Below, piece after piece: positions 61,301-64,000 of a DNA stretch of 64,000 nucleotides. A program made the position numbers and the translations under genes. How positions within the stretch are numbered: the first letter of the stretch is position 1; the number at the start of each line of letters is the position of its first letter. This stretch comes from a plasmid, in the sequence record NZ_CP135254.1. The stretch is one strand, 5' to 3'. The notes beneath the pieces were generated by a model. It did not search any database and was not told where the DNA came from. It saw nothing but the letters and a program-made list of their open reading frames with translations.

Positions 61301-62721
61301 TGGCCAACTTCAATACGATCATCAAACGTAAGCAGTACCTGTGGCTGGGCCTCATTCTGGTCGGTGGCGCGGGCGCCATCGGGGGGGGAATGTATCTTTC
61401 TGACCTGAACCTGAGTTCGGAAGAAGAGGCCCCTGTGCAGGGAGAGCCGGCCCCGGATATGACCGGTGTGGTTGACAGTAATTTCAACAGCAAAGTGGAG
61501 CAGCATGCGACAACGGAGATGCAGGCCACTGCTGCGGACCTGAACAAGCGCTTTGGCGCGCTGCAGGGCGAAGTGGACATACTGAGTAAGGGCCGTGCTG
61601 CCGATCAGGTTCGTATCGAGCAACTCAGCAATGAGAATGCCGCGATGCAGGAGCAACTGAGGACGCTGGGCGTCAGGCCATCCGTTCCCGGTGGAGAGCC
61701 GGCGCCGACCCCTCCCTCGCCGGCACCCGGGCCGGAAGGCGAACCGCAACCGGCAAATTATCCGCCACAGCCTGGTGGTGCGGTACCACCGCCGACCGCT
61801 TTCTATCCGGGTAACGGTGCTGTGCAACCCCCGCAGGTCAGTTATCAGTCTGTACCGGTACCGAACCAGATCAACCGTAAAACGTTCATCTACAACAAAG
61901 GGAAAAAGGGCAGGGAGCTGCCGTATATCCCGTCAGGCAGTTTTGCGAAAAGCAGTCTGATCGAAGGCGCCGATGCGAATGCTTCCGTGACCGGGAATGA
62001 ATCAACCGTACCGATGCAGTTACGCATCATCGGTCGGGTGGAATTGCCAAACAGTAAAACCTATGACCTGACCGGCTGCTTTGTCGGACTGGAAGCCTGG
62101 GGGGATGTCTCCAGTGAGCGCGCCATTGTCCGGACCCGCAATATCAGCTGCATCAAAGGGGATAAAACCATCGACCAGCCGATTAACGGTCACGTCTCGT
62201 TTATGGGCAAGAACGGTGTGAAAGGCGAAGTGGTGATGCGTAACGGCAAAATCCTCGGCTGGGCCTGGGGCGCAGGTTTTGTTGACGGGATTGGTCAGGG
62301 CATGGAGCGGGCTTCGCAACCTGCTGTTGGCCTGGGTGCAACGGCATCCGTTGGCGCCGGGGATGTGCTTAAGATGGGGATTGGCGGCGGGGCATCCAAA
62401 GCCGCACAGACCCTGAGTGAGTATTACATCAAACGCGCTGAACAGTATCACCCGGTCATCCCGATTGGCGCCGGTAACGAAGTCACGGTGGTGTTCCAGG
62501 ATGGTTTCCAGCTGAAAACCATTGAAGAGCTGGAAGCGGAAAAGAACGGGCAACAGCAGGCGCAGAACCAGGCACAACCTGAACAATCCGGGAGCAGGTC
62601 ACAGCAATCCGGCGGGAACCTCAATGGTTTTAATACCGATGAGATGCTGAAGAAACTGGGCAAGCTTGACCCGCGCGAGTTCTCGCCAGGGGCTGCATCT
62701 CAGGGAGAAAACAATGGTTAA
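61300..62721 (+). CDS. traB: TraB (VirB10-like)
   Basis: 473 aa; proline-rich linker; VirB10-like C-terminus. Confidence 0.9.
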   Translation: MANFNTIIKRKQYLWLGLILVGGAGAIGGGMYLSDLNLSSEEEAPVQGEPAPDMTGVVDSNFNSKVEQHATTEMQATAADLNKRFGALQGEVDILSKGRAADQVRIEQLSNENAAMQEQLRTLGVRPSVPGGEPAPTPPSPAPGPEGEPQPANYPPQPGGAVPPPTAFYPGNGAVQPPQVSYQSVPVPNQINRKTFIYNKGKKGRELPYIPSGSFAKSSLIEGADANASVTGNESTVPMQLRIIGRVELPNSKTYDLTGCFVGLEAWGDVSSERAIVRTRNISCIKGDKTIDQPINGHVSFMGKNGVKGEVVMRNGKILGWAWGAGFVDGIGQGMERASQPAVGLGATASVGAGDVLKMGIGGGASKAAQTLSEYYIKRAEQYHPVIPIGAGNEVTVVFQDGFQLKTIEELEAEKNGQQQAQNQAQPEQSGSRSQQSGGNLNGFNTDEMLKKLGKLDPREFSPGAASQGENNG

Positions 62722-63310
62722 GTCTCTCATCACTCTCGTGCTGTCAACGCTGCGCTGGACTCACTGGCTGGTTCAGTATGCGGTGGTGTATCCGCTGGCC
62801 ATGATGATGTTACTGGTTGTTCTGGTATTCCGGACGGGACCGTACACGTTCGGCCAGACGCTGGTGAAAACCGTAGAGTCTGTGCAGCAGGAGGGATATG
62901 TCATTCAGGACTGCACCGGGCCGAAAGAACTTAATGGTGATGCGGTGAACGCTCCACTGCCTCCGGTTTTACAGGAAGACTGCACCACCGTCAGTACGGA
63001 TGCGGCAGGGTATGCAGCGTATATCGACCAGAGCTATACGCATAATATTCTCTGGCTCTGGCTGCTGATGGCGGTGGTGTTTACCGGGATCGCTGTGGTT
63101 TTCCGTCGGACTCCTGTCCGCAGGGGGATCATACGGAAAAACGGTGTTGTCGTCGGAGAGTCTGTTTTGGGTTCTTCAGGGCTGATTCTAGCCCGATCTG
63201 ATGTCAGCCAGATTAAGCGTGTTTACGATGAAATGAGTCCGGGTGAAGGGGATAAATTTGTTCGGACGATTAAGGAAAATACCCAAATCAGGATGAACCT
63301 GAAGAAATAA
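62714..63310 (+). CDS. traP: TraP
   Basis: Start MVKSLITLV overlaps the traB end; membrane N-terminus. Confidence 0.65.
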   Translation: MVKSLITLVLSTLRWTHWLVQYAVVYPLAMMMLLVVLVFRTGPYTFGQTLVKTVESVQQEGYVIQDCTGPKELNGDAVNAPLPPVLQEDCTTVSTDAAGYAAYIDQSYTHNILWLWLLMAVVFTGIAVVFRRTPVRRGIIRKNGVVVGESVLGSSGLILARSDVSQIKRVYDEMSPGEGDKFVRTIKENTQIRMNLKK

Positions 63311-63332
63311 CCGATAAATAGCGAGAAATATC

Positions 63333-63902
63333 ATGAAGGAATTAATGCTGTTAATTCCTCTGGGCAGCGCTTTGCTTTTAACCGGGTGCGCGGGCACAGA
63401 GACGGAATTCGAATGTAATGCCACGACATCGGATACCTGTATGACGATGGAGCAGGCAAATGAAAAGGCGAAAGCAAAAGAGGAAAGTGCTTCGGCAAAG
63501 CCGGCTGCGGCCGGGTTGCCACGACTGGCTGACGGCAATTTCAGAACGACGTCGCCGGGATCATATCCGTTGCCGCCACAACCCGGGTTTGTGCAGACAA
63601 AAACCACATCGGTTGCGCCGGTAAATAAAAGCAATTCCGGTTTGCTGAATAATACCGCTGCGGCAGCCAGACCGGTTTATACCGTGAATACGGTTATGCC
63701 GTCAGTGCGTCCGGTAACGGTATCAACCCTGACTTCACCGCCGACGGTACCCGGTCAATATCCGCGCCCCCTGAGAAAGGGGGAACAGATAACGTCATTG
63801 TGGGTGGCGCCCTATATCGACACCGATGATGTTTATCACCAGCCGGCGACGGTTTTATTTGTTGTCACACCATCGGCATGGGGGCAGCCCCGCATTAACT
63901 AA
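63333..63902 (+). CDS. traV: TraV outer-membrane lipoprotein
   Basis: LLTGCAGTETEFECNATTSDTCMTMEQANEKAK... and C-terminal YHQPATVLFVVTPSAWGQPRIN match F TraV. Confidence 0.9.
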   Translation: MKELMLLIPLGSALLLTGCAGTETEFECNATTSDTCMTMEQANEKAKAKEESASAKPAAAGLPRLADGNFRTTSPGSYPLPPQPGFVQTKTTSVAPVNKSNSGLLNNTAAAARPVYTVNTVMPSVRPVTVSTLTSPPTVPGQYPRPLRKGEQITSLWVAPYIDTDDVYHQPATVLFVVTPSAWGQPRIN

Positions 63903-64000
63903 TCAACAGCGCCGTAAAAGGCGCTGTGAAGACGCAATGAATACCGGAATTAAAACGAGTGCCCTGTGCGTTGAAAGGGATGGGCGGTAGCGTGTTTTAT

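Noticed and set aside
63940-64000. Short ORF starting MNTGIKTSALCVERDGR after traV, as a possible traR.
   Set aside because: Translation stops after ~17 aa in this frame and the window ends; cannot support a call.

Overview
This 64-kb window reads as a mosaic piece of a large IncF-type conjugative plasmid from Enterobacteriaceae (Klebsiella/Enterobacter-like codon usage and gene content). All calls are by eye from the sequence and the ORF track.

Content from left to right:
(1) 1-4500: an accessory islet with a 917-aa PHP-phosphoesterase/ABC-SMC-like ATPase fusion (candidate single-gene defence protein), a serine resolvase and a hypothetical gene.
(2) 5160-6450: a small type Ib partition locus (ParA plus an RHH ParG-like protein) with AAATCATGATTT iterons.
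(3) 6450-8460: an SOS-regulated impCAB/umuDC-like operon with a clear LexA box.
(4) 8600-9920: a module typical of plasmid leading regions (small TM protein, GC-rich repeat, DNA methyltransferase). The methyltransferase is cut by a 3664-bp Tn5403-like Tn3-family transposon (tnpA, tnpR, perfect 38-bp IRs).
(5) 14.1-15.4 kb: nhaA.
(6) 15.7-21.8 kb: a high-GC remnant of a Tn21-subfamily transposon (tnpA, with HepT/MNT toxin-antitoxin and a cupin gene in place of tnpR). Its terminal IR is split by an IS4321/IS5075-like IS110-family element.
(7) 21.7-27 kb: a hypothetical operon, an Hha/YmoA-family gene, and a convergent RES-domain / Xre-DUF2384 pair.
(8) 27-29.5 kb: a complete RepFIA replicon (resD-like recombinase, DnaA boxes, ori2 iterons, repE, incC iterons).
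(9) 29.6-32.8 kb: a second type Ib par locus (TGCTGCAAGAT repeats on both sides) and a type II parMR/stbAB locus.
(10) 34.5-35.1 kb: a RelE/Phd toxin-antitoxin pair.
(11) 35.2-38.9 kb: a second, diverged mucAB/umuDC operon. A ~1.9-kb group II intron (RT/maturase ORF) sits exactly between its LexA box and the mucA ribosome-binding site.
(12) 39-56.6 kb: a long leading-region anti-restriction/SOS-inhibition island, all on the + strand. It holds a second copy of the small-TM/repeat/methyltransferase module, then klcA/ardB, ardA, ssb, a parB-like gene, psiB, psiA, a second klcA-like gene and many hypotheticals. It is punctuated by two families of dispersed GC-rich repeats that look like Frpo/ssi-type single-strand promoter elements.
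(13) 56.6-64 kb: orf169/geneX lytic transglycosylase, oriT (nic inferred near 57236/57237 on the minus strand), then traM, traJ, traY, traA, traL, traE, traK, traB, traP, traV.

No rRNA, tRNA or CRISPR arrays were seen.
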